Below, in pieces: positions 1-15,159 of a stretch of DNA of 64,000 bases (the first letter of the stretch is position 1; every line of letters starts with the position of its first letter). The stretch is taken from the NCBI GenBank assembly GCA_964016885.1, contig OZ024747.1, positions 54,312,001 to 54,376,000 of the forward strand, written 5' to 3'. The stretch comes from Eledone cirrhosa. Lineage: Eukaryota. Made by a program: the position numbers and the translations under genes. The notes under the pieces are model-generated. The model searched no databases, was not told the origin of the DNA, and saw only the letters and a list, made by a program, of their open reading frames with translations.

Positions 1-959
1 TTGCAGAATAAATCCAACTTTCCCATTTGTCTTTGCTTCATTTAAGGTTGAAAAGTTCAAGTTTAAGGTCGCTTCTTTCTAATCTTAATTCTATATACTC
101 CGTTTCAATTCTACCAAACCAGAAGACATGTTCTTTTGATTCGTCAAATAAAAAAAATTAACACACTCTCCGAACCCTAACAACACCAGAAAGAACAATG
201 ATGAAGGTTCCTCAGTTGGTATTGACGACGAAAATCCGGTAGTAATGATAAGGTTTGTGGCAAATTAATAGAATATATAAAAGATATAAAGAAAATAAAT
301 AAATGAATATTTGTCAATGAGAGAACAGACTCCGACGTGTTGAACGCGGGTTATATGTCGTTTTACGCCCCCAGTGGACAGAAATAATTTCCCCGGATCA
401 TAGCAATGAAATCGATTGAAATTATCATTTCAATTCGCTGGGTTCACTCCTGTGTATGCCTAACTCAGTCTCAATAGCTGTGAGTAAGCAGGGATTTCGG
501 AGACCTACATCATCAGGAGTTTTCAGCGTTACAGATACATGGACATCTCACTGGAAAACGGCTGATGAATAAACAGCTTATCTTCAGCTTGTAGGCAACT
601 GTATCTGCGACTATTGCCGAATATACCAGGTAGCCGGTGGGTAAAATGTCACTGTATGTCTCGTTCTAGATGAGGAGCTAATCAGTATAGAACAGCTCGA
701 GCTGAGATGGAAAGCCAGCAATATTCAAGTCGAGATTCATGATCTCAGTTAACTATGAGTCCCACACGTCATTCCACCATCAATAACAACACCAGCAAGA
801 TTAACGACGATGGAACCTCCTACTATTTCGAAGAATTGCATTCGGTTGTTTGATCGACTGAATATTTAACATCTTATTTAATGTGTATATGGTTGGGTAA
901 TCCATTAACATGTGTACTCTCAACGTAAATCCCAAGCCGAGTGAGTGTGACATAATATT

Positions 960-1478
960 TGACAATACTATAATTTATCACCAATGTTGATGTCCTTGAA
1001 AGGGTGGAGGTCACCAGCATCGAGGTCATGCTGCTGAATACGCAGCACGCTGGGAAGGGTACGTTTCCAGGAGGAAGGATCATCGCGTGTCCAGGATCAG
1101 GCTATACGGGGAAATCTCCAATACCCTCGCGACAATGGGGCACGGAGGAAGCGATACGTGTCTGTTTGAAAAGATCCTTTCGTGCCTGTCACATCGACCA
1201 TCATTAGCTGAGCACCGTGACGCCTGCCATTTTACAATTCAACCATACTCTCCCCGACTCCGAAAACTCCCGCAGTGCCACACGCGAGGACAAAAGGCAC
1301 AAGAGAAATAGGCATAACACCAAGTCATCAAATCTTGACAAAAACTTCAGCTACAACCCCAGCAAACATACCTGCCTTTCCCACATTCGCCTGGACAGAC
1401 ACAAACTTGACTGCAGTTAACGTGGACAACACTCTCCTTCATTTTCCTTCGCCAAACCAAGCCATGGGGATGATAACA
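960..1478 (+). mobile_element. RTE/BovB-like LINE, degenerate 3' end (RT C-terminus and tail)
   Basis: Frame-hopping translation FITNVDVLERVEVTSIEVMLL..RIRLYGEIS..CLKRSFRACHIDHH..EDKRHKRNR..TCLSHIRLDRHKLDCS matches the recalled RTE ORF C-terminus; ends in ccaagccatggggatgat tail. Confidence 0.8.
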
Positions 1479-1500
1479 TTTAATATATATATATATATAT

Positions 1501-1714
1501 ATAACGAAGGAAATGTGGTAAGGAACCAGGTGGACCATAACGCACCAAAGTACTCAATACTTGAGGTAGTAGAGTGGGTAATAGGAACCAGTAAGACCCC
1601 GACAGCTGAGCTCAAGCCGTTTCGACGGCTAATTCTGGACGTCCAGAATTAGCCGTCCAGAATTAGCCGTCGAAACGGCTTGAGCTCAGCTGTCGGGATC
1701 TTACTGGTTCCTAT
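1501..1714. mobile_element. Fold-back PLE 3'-end insertion, family A copy 1
   Basis: Arms 1581-1640 and 1641-1714 are inverted, with centre ctggac|gtccag plus a 14-bp duplication; contains HHR 3' half GAAAC-GGCTTGAGCTCAGCT-GTC; (TA)n on both sides. Confidence 0.8.
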
Positions 1715-1819
1715 ATATATATATATATATATATACAATTTATGTAGCCAATAAAGTCGATGACAATACATAGGTACATACACACTAATGCACTAACACA
1801 TACACACTCATATATTAAG

Positions 1820-1859
<40 letters not shown>

Positions 1860-2247
1860 AATGTCATATTCTCTATCTTGGCTGTAATATACAGCGATTG
1901 TGATTCCGGAGCTATATGCATCGAATACAAAAACTGCATTTTAGCCGTCGCTGTGGTTGAACAACGTGTCAAAGATCACAATTCAGGTTGTCGTAGACGT
2001 CTTGAAGGTCATTCTGTGAACAGTGGATCAGAGGTGCTATCGGATATATTCAAATCAAAGATCATTTCCTGTTATTACATAATGGAAATGACATTTTGCT
2101 TTTAGATAGTTACGCCTATATACAAAATTGTACACTTATGTGCACAGACAACATACTATCATCTATATATCTATCTATGTTTGTGTGTGCCTGCCCATCT
2201 ATCAATCTATATATCTATATATCTACACGTCTAACTACCTCTCTCTC

Positions 2248-2750
2248 TCTATATATATAAAGTTGTAGTTCTTGTCTATTCCTTTGTTTGTTTGTTCACA
2301 AACTCCTCCTATGGTTTTGAAGATAGACCCCGAAAACCATATATATTCTGAAACTACATTGCCCAGGCTATTTGGATAAGTATATTTCATTTTAATGAAA
2401 GGGTTACCCGGGGGCACAATACCCCACTGAAAGATTTTTCTTTTCGATTTATATGAAATTGAAACCATATTTAAATGACAAGATACGATGCCTATTCACA
2501 AAAGTTTTGAATTGATATTTAGAAAAAAAATATTTAAAAGAAACAAAATAAGAATAAGATATAATAATGTAATTTTGATTTGATATATTACAATAAATAA
2601 TGTTTTCCAATTTTTCATGCATTACATTTTACATTGAGTAATATTGAAATGCAGAATTTTCTCCATAAATGATATCACTGATTTAAGATCAATCATCATT
2701 TTCTTAGAAAAAAATCTGTGGAACGCAGCATGCGCGTGTAATTCGGCTAG
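2248..2750 (+). mobile_element. Non-autonomous Helitron-like element
   Basis: 5' TCTATATATATAAA followed by (TGTT)n; 3' GC-rich hairpin acgcagcatgcgcgt then CTAG|T. Confidence 0.5.
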
Positions 2751-2988
2751 TATATATATATATATATATATTCACGGCAAGTGGAATGGTAGCACAGTGG
2801 TCTGAATAATCAAAGATGTGGCTTCGACTTCCCATGTACGTAAATACTCATCTTTTCCCATTTCTTAGAGGGTTCTTAACCCCACTATCAGGCTAAAATT
2901 TCTATAGTCAAAAATACGGCGAAAGCTTCTATTTCTAATTACAAACACGCTCGCTGTTTCAATACAAACTGGCTTATATACACACACG

Positions 2989-3030
<42 letters not shown>

Positions 3031-3161
3031 AAGTTATATTTAAAATTGTTGGGTTACAACTAGTAAATATTTATAACTGATATAAAAGCACTCGACAAAT
3101 ACTTGGAGTATATTTACAATATTAAATAAATGGAAAACTATATTTATAAAACCATATTTAT

Positions 3162-3224
3162 TTCATTATATATATTTCGGGGATATCATATTAACAATAT
3201 GCTATGCCTTCATCAGACAAAATA
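3162..3224 (-). ncRNA. Minimal type-I hammerhead ribozyme, PLE pLTR family B (element about 3030-3290)
   Basis: Minus strand: TATTTTGT-CTGATGA-stem II AGGCATAGCATATT..AATATGATATCCCC-GAAA-TATATA-TA-ATGAAA; homologous to 18539-18602 and 55108-55168. Confidence 0.75.
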
Positions 3225-3325
3225 CAATATAAACAGTTTTATAGATAAATATATTCGACATACCGTAATAAACATCAACTTCATTTGAAGAGGTTCACTC
3301 TAGCAGGTTCACTCTAGCAGGTTCA

Positions 3326-4319
<994 letters not shown>

Positions 4320-4345
4320 TAGATAGATAATATGCTTTGATAAAC

Positions 4346-4573
4346 CTTCCTATGTAGCACACTCTTTTCTTTTTCCATGTGTATTTGATGACGTATTATG
4401 TCAGACATATTCTGGATCTGGGTGTGGAGAGGAGGGTGGTATTCGAAGACAGACCTGCAGAAATTTCCAGTAGCCTTAGCTTGATATTTCATGAAATGTG
4501 AAAGTGTAGGGGTCACTGAATCCCAAACTGACCTTTCAACAATAACTGGAATTGGTAACGATGGTGTTTGCAT
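4346..4573 (-). CDS. Candidate host coding exon, unknown protein
   Basis: 76 non-repetitive open codons [76 protein letters not shown] ending at AAG|GTTTAT donor-like site; no recognised homology. Confidence 0.3.
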
Positions 4574-5466
4574 GGATATATGGATATACCTACTTGATGT
4601 TATTTTTTCTCGAGTTTTTTTTTCTAGCTTTCATATCCCTCTGTGGTTTCTATTTATGTACGTATGTGTGAGCCTCTATACGTATACGAAAGTCTATTTA
4701 TGTAATCTAGACTCACAGACATTTAACGAGAGTTAGCCAGAACTGAAAAGTATGTTGGTAGTATATAATGTCTGCCATGTCCAGTCTTTCTTTCTCCTAT
4801 ACATGCAACTCTTGGCTTTTCCGTTTGTCTAGAATTTGATGAGCAATTCTCTCGTATTTTATATTCATCGTGATCCTTAATAGACGGCATTATCGTTTCA
4901 TTCTTAAGTACCAGTAATGTACTGGGTAATTTCTGGCCTTGTGCCTAAAGTAGAAACAATTATCGTTTCACGTAACACATTATTAAGTTCTTTGACAACG
5001 CTTCTGTTTCTATGATGCAAGGTTATATATATTAAAGTGTGTGTAAACGTTTCCATCATAGTCTTAAATCAGGAGATTTATTAATCTATGCCCTAAACAT
5101 GAATCCGCAATTTAAAAAAATGTAGCTGTGTTAAGAAGCCCCTACTAAGTTTTGCTAATATTGAATATTTTTGAAAATCGTGGGCAGTATCTTTCCTTAG
5201 AAATATGGTAATGAAATGGTTCAGACATCCGCTATAAGGATCTCTAAGAGAGATACAAGTTCACACACTTAGTTCTTTAGTTTATCGACACCATAAACAT
5301 GGAAGGCAAAACTGACATCATAGGGATTTGAGCCCCGAAACAAAGAGTCATTTGGGGCAAAATGTCTGAAATAAGATTTAGTCTATTATATCGACTTCAG
5401 TGCCTGAATACTGCTATGTTTTACCAAGGCACAAAAGAGGAAAGACAATATTAACCTTGACTAGGA

Positions 5467-5548
5467 GAAGAAGAAGAAGAAGAAGAAGAAGAAGAAGAAG
5501 AAGAAGAAGAAGAAGAAGAAGAAGAAGAAGAAGAAGAAGAACAACAAC

Positions 5549-5582
<34 letters not shown>

Positions 5583-5592
5583 ACAACAACAA
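5467..5592. repeat. Compound (GAA)n(ACA)n microsatellite
   Basis: Direct reading. Confidence 0.95.
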
Positions 5593-6313
5593 CTGTTAGT
5601 AACGATACGAACAGACCAGCAATTAGGGGAGATATTAACCGATTGATTCGATCCTAGTGACAGTTAGTTTATTTTATCAAACTTCACATGAACGAAAGTA
5701 GTTATTGCTTATATTGTTAATCTTTCTGCTGTTGTTGTAGCTGATATTTCTTTTGTTGATTCTTGCTCTTGTTGGTCACTTCTCTTAAAATTACTGGGCA
5801 TAATGTAAAAAAAAAAACGAATATTAAATTCAGATAAACGTGTAATATTCATAGAACACGTAAATGGATAGGAAACATTTTACCGAAATGAATTGAATTG
5901 AGAAACCAATAAAAAAAGCAATGTGAAAAAATAGACTTTATTACTTTCATTTTCTTTTTCGGTTTTCATTATAATTTATTATTTTCTTTCTTCACTAATC
6001 TACGTTTCAAAAATGTACTGATTTTCTTCTAAGATTTATCCTGTAATATTCGGCTGAAATTTTTAAAGAATGGTTAGTGAAAAAAACAATTTGAAAAAAA
6101 GAGTATAAAAAATGAGAAAAATATAGAGAACGTAGGTGCATCAACAACTACCATATGTCTATATATATATATATATAGGTATATGTATATGTATGTATAA
6201 GTATATATATATATGCATATATGTCTGATAGTGTGGAGGAAGTAATGGATTACACAATTGCTATGAATTCACATCATTCAATTTTTATCCGAAAACTTAA
6301 AATAACTGTGCAC

Positions 6314-6417
<104 letters not shown>

Positions 6418-6775
6418 TATATATATCTGTGTGTGTATTCATATATTAATGAGCTTTAATGATTTTCATTATATCATGATTTCCTCACGCAATCACCATC
6501 ATCCTACTAGCAAATCCTGTTCATCCTCCTGATATCTCGTTCTCACCGACATAATCATCACCACCACCATCACGATCATCATCATCATCACCACCATCAC
6601 CGCCGTCATCATCACCAACATCATCATCCCCACCACCATCATCACCATCATCATGATCATCATCACCATTATTGCTATTGTTTCCATCCAGCAGCAAGAA
6701 ACCGTAATGTTTTTTGTTCTGTTCATATTTTTGTGATGAATATCGTAGTTATTAATATATTATGATTATTATTCT

Positions 6776-7180
6776 GTGGGTTGGCAGTAATCGGTAAAGT
6801 TCGGATGCCATGCTTCGCAGCATAGAGTTACGCCCCTTTACGATCTGCGTTCAAATCTCGCCGCGGATAACTTCACTTTTCAACGTTACGGGCTCGATAA
6901 AATAAAGTACCAGCAATTCATTGAGTTAATTGCTGGCCTTGTGCCAAAAGTAGAAACAATTATTATTATTGACAATAGGGCGGTGGATTTTCAGTATCGG
7001 TAGAGGGTAGGACAACATGCTTTTGGGGCATATATTGAGGGTCCTTTAGATTCTGAGTTCAAATCCCGCTGTGGTTAGCTTTGCTTTTCATTCGTGCAGG
7101 GTCCTTAAAATAAAGTAACGTACTAGGTTCGTTTTAATCGACTTCCCCCTTGTGTCTAATTCAGAAACCCTTATTATTAC
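6776..7180 (+). mobile_element. Two head-to-tail tRNA-derived SINEs (Meta-domain-like core, (ATT)n tail)
   Basis: A-box TGGCAGTAATCGG, B-box GTTCAAATC, core ..cgggctcgataaaataaagtacc, end ggccttgtgccaaaagtagaaacaattattatt. Confidence 0.8.
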
Positions 7181-7277
7181 AATTTTTCATATTATTTTCG
7201 AGTTTCATATTCTTAATGATGCTGTGCACGATGATGATGACAATAATGATGATGCTGATAATGTTGATAATGATAAT

Positions 7278-7485
7278 GGTTTCCGATTTAGGCACAAAGT
7301 CAAATATATTTAGGAAGTGGAAGCCGATTAAATCGATACCAGTGCATTACTGGTATTTTATTTTATGGACCCCGTAAGGAAGAAAGACAAATCTAAGCTC
7401 AATGGATTTTGAACTCAGAACGCAAAGGGCCGTAAATCTATACCACAAATTATGGTGTCCGATGCTCTACCAATACTGCCATTCC
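7278..7485 (-). mobile_element. tRNA-derived SINE, same family
   Basis: Reverse complement of the core (ctggtattttattttatggaccccgtaagga) and B-box (tttgaactcaga). Confidence 0.75.
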
Positions 7486-7619
7486 GATGATGATTTTTGC
7501 TGATGGGTTATTTTATTTCATTTTATTTTATTTATTTTTTTTTGTCATTCAAATCGTGCTTAAATAATTTCAACGATATAACAAAAAATCGATTTTTGTT
7601 ATTATTACTTCTTTTGTCA

Positions 7620-8050
7620 CGCAGTGTAGATAGAAAATGGACCAGAGTGTTTATTTAGTCATCTACCAAATCAACACAAGGTCCTCAGATAATACCTTCC
7701 TTCAAATATACGTAGTGGCTAGCAATGCTGCTTTTTAACCAGTTTGTTGAAAGTTGGGTGAGAGAAGCGAACATGATCCAAGTAAATGGGCCTGCTCTGA
7801 GTAGGCGCCTGTACACCGGAAGGAGAGGCCAACTAAAAGAGGGGACTTGCTCTAGCGGCTAAGGTTACCGTGCTTTTTGTGGGATATCTCCACGAGTGAC
7901 ACATAAAGGTATTCCCACATTTGGGGCGATTTGTTATGTTGGACTTTAGTCTTGGATTTGCACTTTTCTATCACACAAAAAGCAACGCTGTACACACTTG
8001 TACAGTCTTTATTGCCTGTTAATATAAGCCTAGTATGGCTAATAAATAAA
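7620..8050 (+). mobile_element. Possible decayed LINE (L1/Tx1-like) 3' end
   Basis: Remnant FVESWVREANMIQVNGPALS followed by UTR-like sequence ending ggctAATAAATAAA; weak recognition. Confidence 0.3.
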
Positions 8051-8079
8051 CCTTTATTATTATTAATATGCTATTATAA

Positions 8080-8445
8080 GGGCGGTGGATTGGCAATATC
8101 GGTAGAGGGTCGGATGCCATGCTTTGCCGCATAGAGTTACGGCCCTTTATGATCTGAGTTCAAATCTCGCCGAGGTTAACTTTGCCTTTCATCCTTACGG
8201 GGTCGATAAAATAAAGTACCAGTCACGCACTGGGGTCGATTTCATCGACTTTTCCCTCCCCCCAAAATTGCTGGCCTTGTGCCTACATAAGAAACCATTA
8301 TTGATATGCTATTATCATTATTACTATTAAAGGTTGACTTTGCCTTTCATCCTTACGGGGTCGATAAAATAAAGTACCAGTAATGCACTGGGTAATTTGC
8401 TGGCCTTGTGCCTAAAGTAGAAACAATTTTTACTATTATTATTAT
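8080..8445 (+). mobile_element. Full-length tRNA-derived SINE plus a 5'-truncated copy in its tail
   Basis: ggcggtggatTGGCAATATCGG..GAGTTCAAATC..gcctttcatccttacggggtcgataaaataaagtaccag..gaaaccattatt; core repeated from 8331. Confidence 0.88.
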
Positions 8446-8858
8446 TGTTACTCTTGTTGTTGTTGTTATTGTTGTTGTTGTTGTTGTTGTCTCTGGTGGT
8501 AGTGGTGGTGGTGGTGGTGGTGGTGGTGGTGGTGGTGGTGGTGGTGGTGGTGGTTATTTTGTTTTTGTTATTGATGATGTTGATGATGTTCTTATTGATG
8601 CGTTGTTGCCGCCGACGATGATATGGTCTCTAGTTAGAATTATTTTTTCCACTTGCTGTTATCTATTTATGTTTATAAATCTATGAGTGTATGTATTCAC
8701 ACACACACACGCATATATATATATGTAAATATATATATATATATATATATACATATAACATATATATATTTGTGTGTGTGTACGTGTGAGTTTAGGTATA
8801 TATGTATGCATCTGTATACATGTATGTATGTATGTTTGTGAAGATTTAGAGATATTTA

Positions 8859-8944
<86 letters not shown>

Positions 8945-9046
8945 TATATAGATATATATATATACATATATATACATATATATATATACATACATATATA
9001 TACATATATATATATTTATATGTATATATATATATATGTACATATA

Positions 9047-9126
<80 letters not shown>

Positions 9127-9472
9127 CTTTTCTTTATTTAGTCAATTAGATTTAATATTAAAGGCAATGATTGACAATTTCAAAAAATCGCAAAATCTAA
9201 TGAATCGCTGAAAAATATCGCTAAGAACAAACAAGATAAAAGTGAAATGAATGAATATATAAAAACGAAATAAATAAAATAAATAAAGGAATTCCCTTTT
9301 TTATATTTCTAGTTGCTGTTGAGATTACAAAATAAACGAAATAAAGAATTAATAGGATGCGGTCAAATTTTCTAATAATAATATAGATTTCAATTCTGAT
9401 TTCTCATTTCTCATATTTTTTAGTAGTCCTGTTTATTTTGTTAAATATAATTATATATATGTATATATATGC

Positions 9473-9548
<76 letters not shown>

Positions 9549-9745
9549 TACGCATCTATATATTTATATATGTGTATATGATTTTATATAATATAAATAT
9601 ATTAAAAAACAATAATTGCTGAGTGCAAAAGGGAAAGGAAATATTAGGCAGTGTATGAGGGTGGAAAATTGAACCAAAAAATCTGAAGATAAAATACTTT
9701 TTATTGGTTTCATTTATAATTATCTCTTTTCTCAATATATATATA

Positions 9746-9789
<44 letters not shown>

Positions 9790-10334
9790 TTATATGTATA
9801 TATATATATATATGTGTATATATATCTATATGAATATATATGAATTTATATAAATATATATTATACTATGTCGTGTGTATGTATTTTTGTGTCAGTCTAA
9901 GCGTGTACATATTTATATTTATGAGTGTGTATGGCTTTAGTTTATGGATGTGTGCGCAAGCGTTATATTTCGTCGAATGAAATAGAATTGGAAATAAAAA
10001 ATCTATTGTCTTGATGTGTTTACCATTCCAACATCCCGTCCATTCCACTCCATTCCAAATTCTGTCTTCTCATACTTACACTATCACTTAAGTTCATCTA
10101 TATTCTCTTCTCTCCAATCCTTTCTCTCACCCTCTTCTTCACTTCGTTCTTCTTATGCTACCCTATATTTTTTACCAATAGTCATCATCTTCATAATTAT
10201 GATGATCATAACCATTGCCATTAACGATTTCACCAACGGCAATACCGTCCATACATCTGCGCCATTGAACACAACAACAAAAACAACAAAAAAAAAAACG
10301 ACTACGACTACTACTACTACTAATAATAATAATA

Positions 10335-10905
10335 ATTGTTTCTACTTTTGGCACAAGGCCAGCAATTACCCAGTGCATTACTGGTACTTTATTTTATCGA
10401 CCCCGTAAGTATGAAAGGCAAAGTTAACCTCGGCGGGATTTGAACTCAAATCATAAAGGGACGTAACTCTACGCTTCAAAGCATGGCGTCGGACCCTCTA
10501 CCGATACTGCCAATCCACGGCCCTATAATAATGATAATACAAATTTTGGAGAGGGGAAATTCGATTAAATTGATCCCAGTACGTTACTGGTACTATATTT
10601 TATTGACCTCAGAAGGATGAAAAGTAAAGGTAACTCCGGTAGGATTTGAATTCAGAACGTAAAGGGCTGTTACTCAATACCACACAGCATGTAGTCAGAC
10701 GCTCTCCGATAATAATAATAATAATTGTACCAAATTTTCGCACAAGGCCAGCAATTATCTCGGTGCATTACTGGTGTTTTGTTTTATCGACCACGAAAAG
10801 AAGAAAGGCAAAGTTAACCTGGCCGGGATTTGAACTCAGACCGTAAAAGGCTGTAACTCTATGCTGCAAAGCATGGCATCCGATCCTCTACCGATACTTC
10901 TAACC
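10335..10905 (-). mobile_element. Three head-to-tail SINE copies
   Basis: Core and B-box reverse complements at about 10335-10524, 10540-10710 and 10725-10905, separated by (AAT)n. Confidence 0.85.
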
Positions 10906-11693
10906 CAATAATAATAACAATAATTTCATCACCATAATTAGTATCAACATCAAAGAGATAGCATTTCAAAAAACACAGTAATACGAACAAGAAGAACATC
11001 AACAATAAAAACAGCGTCACAATTGTTTCCGCCAACAAACACCACAGATATTTCCCACTCGGATTAGTTAATGTATGTAAAAAAAAAAAAGCATTAAATG
11101 CCAGCTTAAAATAGGCAACATCATTCAAATTAGCCCGTAACATGTAGATCTCCATCTTCATGTCCCTATTTATCTGAAGAGGTCTGGATCTAGGACCTGA
11201 CTAAACTCATATAAACTAGAAGGCTCCAGAACGTATAACTGCAAATTTGTCTCATAGAGAAACTGCACATATAGTAAGAACTCTTTACTTTCTGCATCAA
11301 GAAGGCTGAACATTTATATCCTGTTGCTCATTACGGAATCCCCTATTAGCTAACTTTAAGTTAAAAGTTAAAAATATATGCCATAAATTTCAAAGTAATT
11401 ATTTTGAAATATCTAAATTCACTGAATCGTTCAATGAAACCAATTGATATTTCTGCAAGCTATTACGAGAGACTTAGCTCCTAGTATCCATCAAGCAAAC
11501 GCAGAAAAGTGGCTCCTATACGTACAAATCCCTAAATCACTTACTATAGCACGATACACCTAACTAGATAATTAAAAAGAATGTTATCGATCATGCAATC
11601 AAAATGAAAGATATTTATAAGGTGGGACTACCACACAGTGAAGCAGGATCGAATAGGCAATGCACATCTGAACCCACATACTATATTGACCTC

Positions 11694-11772
<79 letters not shown>

Positions 11773-12840
11773 TCTCTCTCTCTCTCTCTCAGGCATTGAT
11801 AATCATGCTGAGTCAGTCAACTCCTATATATATATATATATATACGAGTATATATGTATGTATGTATGTATGAAGGTATTGTAGGCTTATTCATATACAG
11901 AGAGAGAGAGAGAGAGAGAGAGGAGAGGATAATAAAGAGAGGGAGAGAGAGAGAGACGTACAGATATGGATGCTTAAAGATAATATGTAAGTATACATGT
12001 ATGAAAATATACATATACTCATGTATGTATATATATATATACTCATGTATGTATATATTTCTTTTCGCTCAACTCACACTTTCTCTTCCCCCCTCTCTCT
12101 TACTGTATGTGTGTGTGTGTGTGTGCGTGTTTGAATCTGTGTGTATGTGGAAGAGCACCCTTGCCTGTACATACACAGACACACATATATACATACACGC
12201 GCGTACAAACAACCTTCTTACATATATATACTTGCAATCATACATACATACATTCATACATGCACACATACATAGATGCTTAAATATACACATAGATATT
12301 GCGGGTGCATTGATATGTATAAATCAAATTTAATAGGAGCCTACATAAACTTTCAACTTAATCGAAAATGACATAAAGCAGGACACTCTGTTCCCTTCTT
12401 ATAGGGGCCCTGTCATCGTGTCAAATGGTATTTTACTCATCGCTGAAGCCTTAAATTCAGGTGGGTTTATTTCGCCGAGACAGACATGGGAATTTCACAA
12501 TAACATAGGCAGAAATAAGTGAATATATATAGACTTGTCTTCATTGTTCTGACAAAATAATAAGTCCATTAGTTGAACTTTTCCCCCGTTTTCCCATTAC
12601 TAAAAAGACAAGACAAGACAAATTCCCTTCCGATGTCGACCCCCACGCATTGAATGAAACTGCACATTACATTATCATTATTGTTTTTGCGGTTGTTGTT
12701 GTTGTCGCCATTATTATTATTACATCACTAAACCCTGTGGTCCTATACATAAATATATATACGTATACATAAGTATACATATATACACACACACACAGAT
12801 ACATACACATACACACGCACACAGACTCACACACACACAC

Positions 12841-12873
<33 letters not shown>

Positions 12874-12882
12874 AATATATAT

Positions 12883-13185
<303 letters not shown>

Positions 13186-13194
13186 TATATATAT

Positions 13195-13252
13195 TTAATA
13201 TAGAAATGGCTTCTACACTAATAGAACTGTTTCATTCGGGAGAAATCATCAT
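13195..13252 (-). ncRNA. Degenerate HHR-containing pLTR fragment (family of 56000-56185)
   Basis: Minus strand: ATGATGA-TTTCTCCCGAAT-GAAACAGTTCTA..GTAGAA. Confidence 0.5.
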
Positions 13253-13633
13253 AAAATTTACATCTAGATGTGAGTTCTTCGTGCTTGTGTTGCTTTTGTT
13301 GTTCTTATTCTTATATATTGTATATTTAGACGTTTGTACATATATATGTATATATAATGTGTATATGTGTATATCATTGTGCATACATTTTATATATAGT
13401 TCTTTCTTATATTAATGGATTTTCTTTTGTCATGGTGTCTAATAAGAACGTAACCCCCAAACACTTCTAGAACAATCTACAACTGATCTACCATTCCAAA
13501 TTCAAAATAATTTCAAAATGCCACCAATATGGATCTCACACAGGGATGGATAAACATATAATTATATTTACATACAGAACGTATACATGGAAGAAATATA
13601 TTAGTTTAACGCTTGACATAGCAGGAAGAGAGT

Positions 13634-13668
13634 CGTAACGTTTCGAAGACTAGTCCTGTATCAGAAAA
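13634..13668 (-). ncRNA. Degenerate HHR (family of 37715-37750)
   Basis: Minus strand: CTGATAC-AGGACTAGTCTTC-GAAACGTTA; flank acatggaagaaatatattagtttaacgc shared with 37667-37694. Confidence 0.5.
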
Positions 13669-13860
13669 TAAAGTTATAGGTAAAAGTTAAATAGAACGTA
13701 AAGTGTGACAAGAGTAAGGAACGGAGAAAAATGAGGAAATAAATGGGGGCGATATATATATCGTGCAAGTGGAAAAAATTGTTAAATTTATTAAATATTA
13801 GTCGATTCTGATAAACCTGTTTTAAGTTAAACAGTATAATGGTGGAAGTAGAATACATTG

Positions 13861-14090
13861 TTACAATTATACATAAGCACCATCGTTGTCCAATAGGGTT
13901 TCTAATCGTTTGTTTTATCAGGAACACGATCAGTATGTTTGTCAGTACATGACGAATGCTTTCCTCCATGTCAGTGTTTATGGTTTAGCACTATAAACTG
14001 CATAAATCGCTCTCACCCACAAGAAAAATTCGCATGGTGTTAAGTCAGAATTCTTGTAGGCCATTCATATGTTACTCGTCAACCTAGCTT
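13861..14090 (-). pseudogene. Tc1/mariner-superfamily transposase C-terminal remnant
   Basis: Minus strand with frameshifts: LG*RVTYEWPTR/SDLTPCEFFLWV..VYSAKP*TL/EESIRHVLTNI../RLETLLDNDGAYV, matching the WPxRSPDLTPCDFFLWG motif. Confidence 0.8.
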
Positions 14091-14833
14091 TGTAAAATTG
14101 TTATACTGATTGTCTAGGTATTAATATGGTTCTTGATGACGTGGGGGTTTGCTAGAGTAGCTATAACTTCGGATTAATTGCCTCTGCAGTCTGAGTTCAA
14201 ATCTCGTTACGGTCAAGTTCGACCCTCATCTTTATGGGATCGTCAACAATGATATTGCAGTGAATGATGTGGTGGGTTAGCGGAAGTGTTAAAGACCTAC
14301 AAGTGATGATTTGTGGTACTTTCTCATTTTGAATCCGACCGCCTTCAGCCAGCTGTTGCAGCCAGAAAACAGCTCAACAATTGCAAAACAAATGGAAACT
14401 TAATTTCCATGCGTCAATATGAAAGCGGTTAAAATAATTAATAGATTCGAGAAATTCCCGAGAATTATGTTGGAAGTAAAATGCTAAAGAAAAGATATAT
14501 CTTAAAGGAGGATTTATAGAATAGAAACTTTCAGCATACATGTACAAACAAGGAAACTGCACAAATACACCACGACACATAGAATCATACATACCCATGA
14601 AGAATTACATAAACTGATATTTGTTCAAAACAAATGGCACAAATACAGGAAAATGGGTATAGAAGTGGGATACTGTTTTGTATATGTATTTCTATACACA
14701 TTATATGTTCACATCGCCAAGGTTTACTTTGCCTTTCATCCTTACATATATAGGTATATACATATATATACATGTATATACATGAATATATACATATATA
14801 TATACATCTATATATATATATATGTATATATCT

Positions 14834-14869
<36 letters not shown>

Positions 14870-14896
14870 GTATATATATATGTATATATATGTTTG

Positions 14897-14928
<32 letters not shown>

Positions 14929-15032
14929 CATACATACATATACATACATACAAAAATGTCATCAGTCATTCCCTGTTTTATGTTGGTTTATTCACGTCAC
15001 ATATTCGTACGTAGAGTTTAACTTTGTTCTCA

Positions 15033-15159
<127 letters not shown>

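Noticed and set aside
560-590. CTGATGA and opposite-strand CTGAAGA
   Set aside because: No stem II-GAAA-NUH continuation
8080-8175. tRNA gene
   Set aside because: The A/B boxes belong to a SINE head; no cloverleaf
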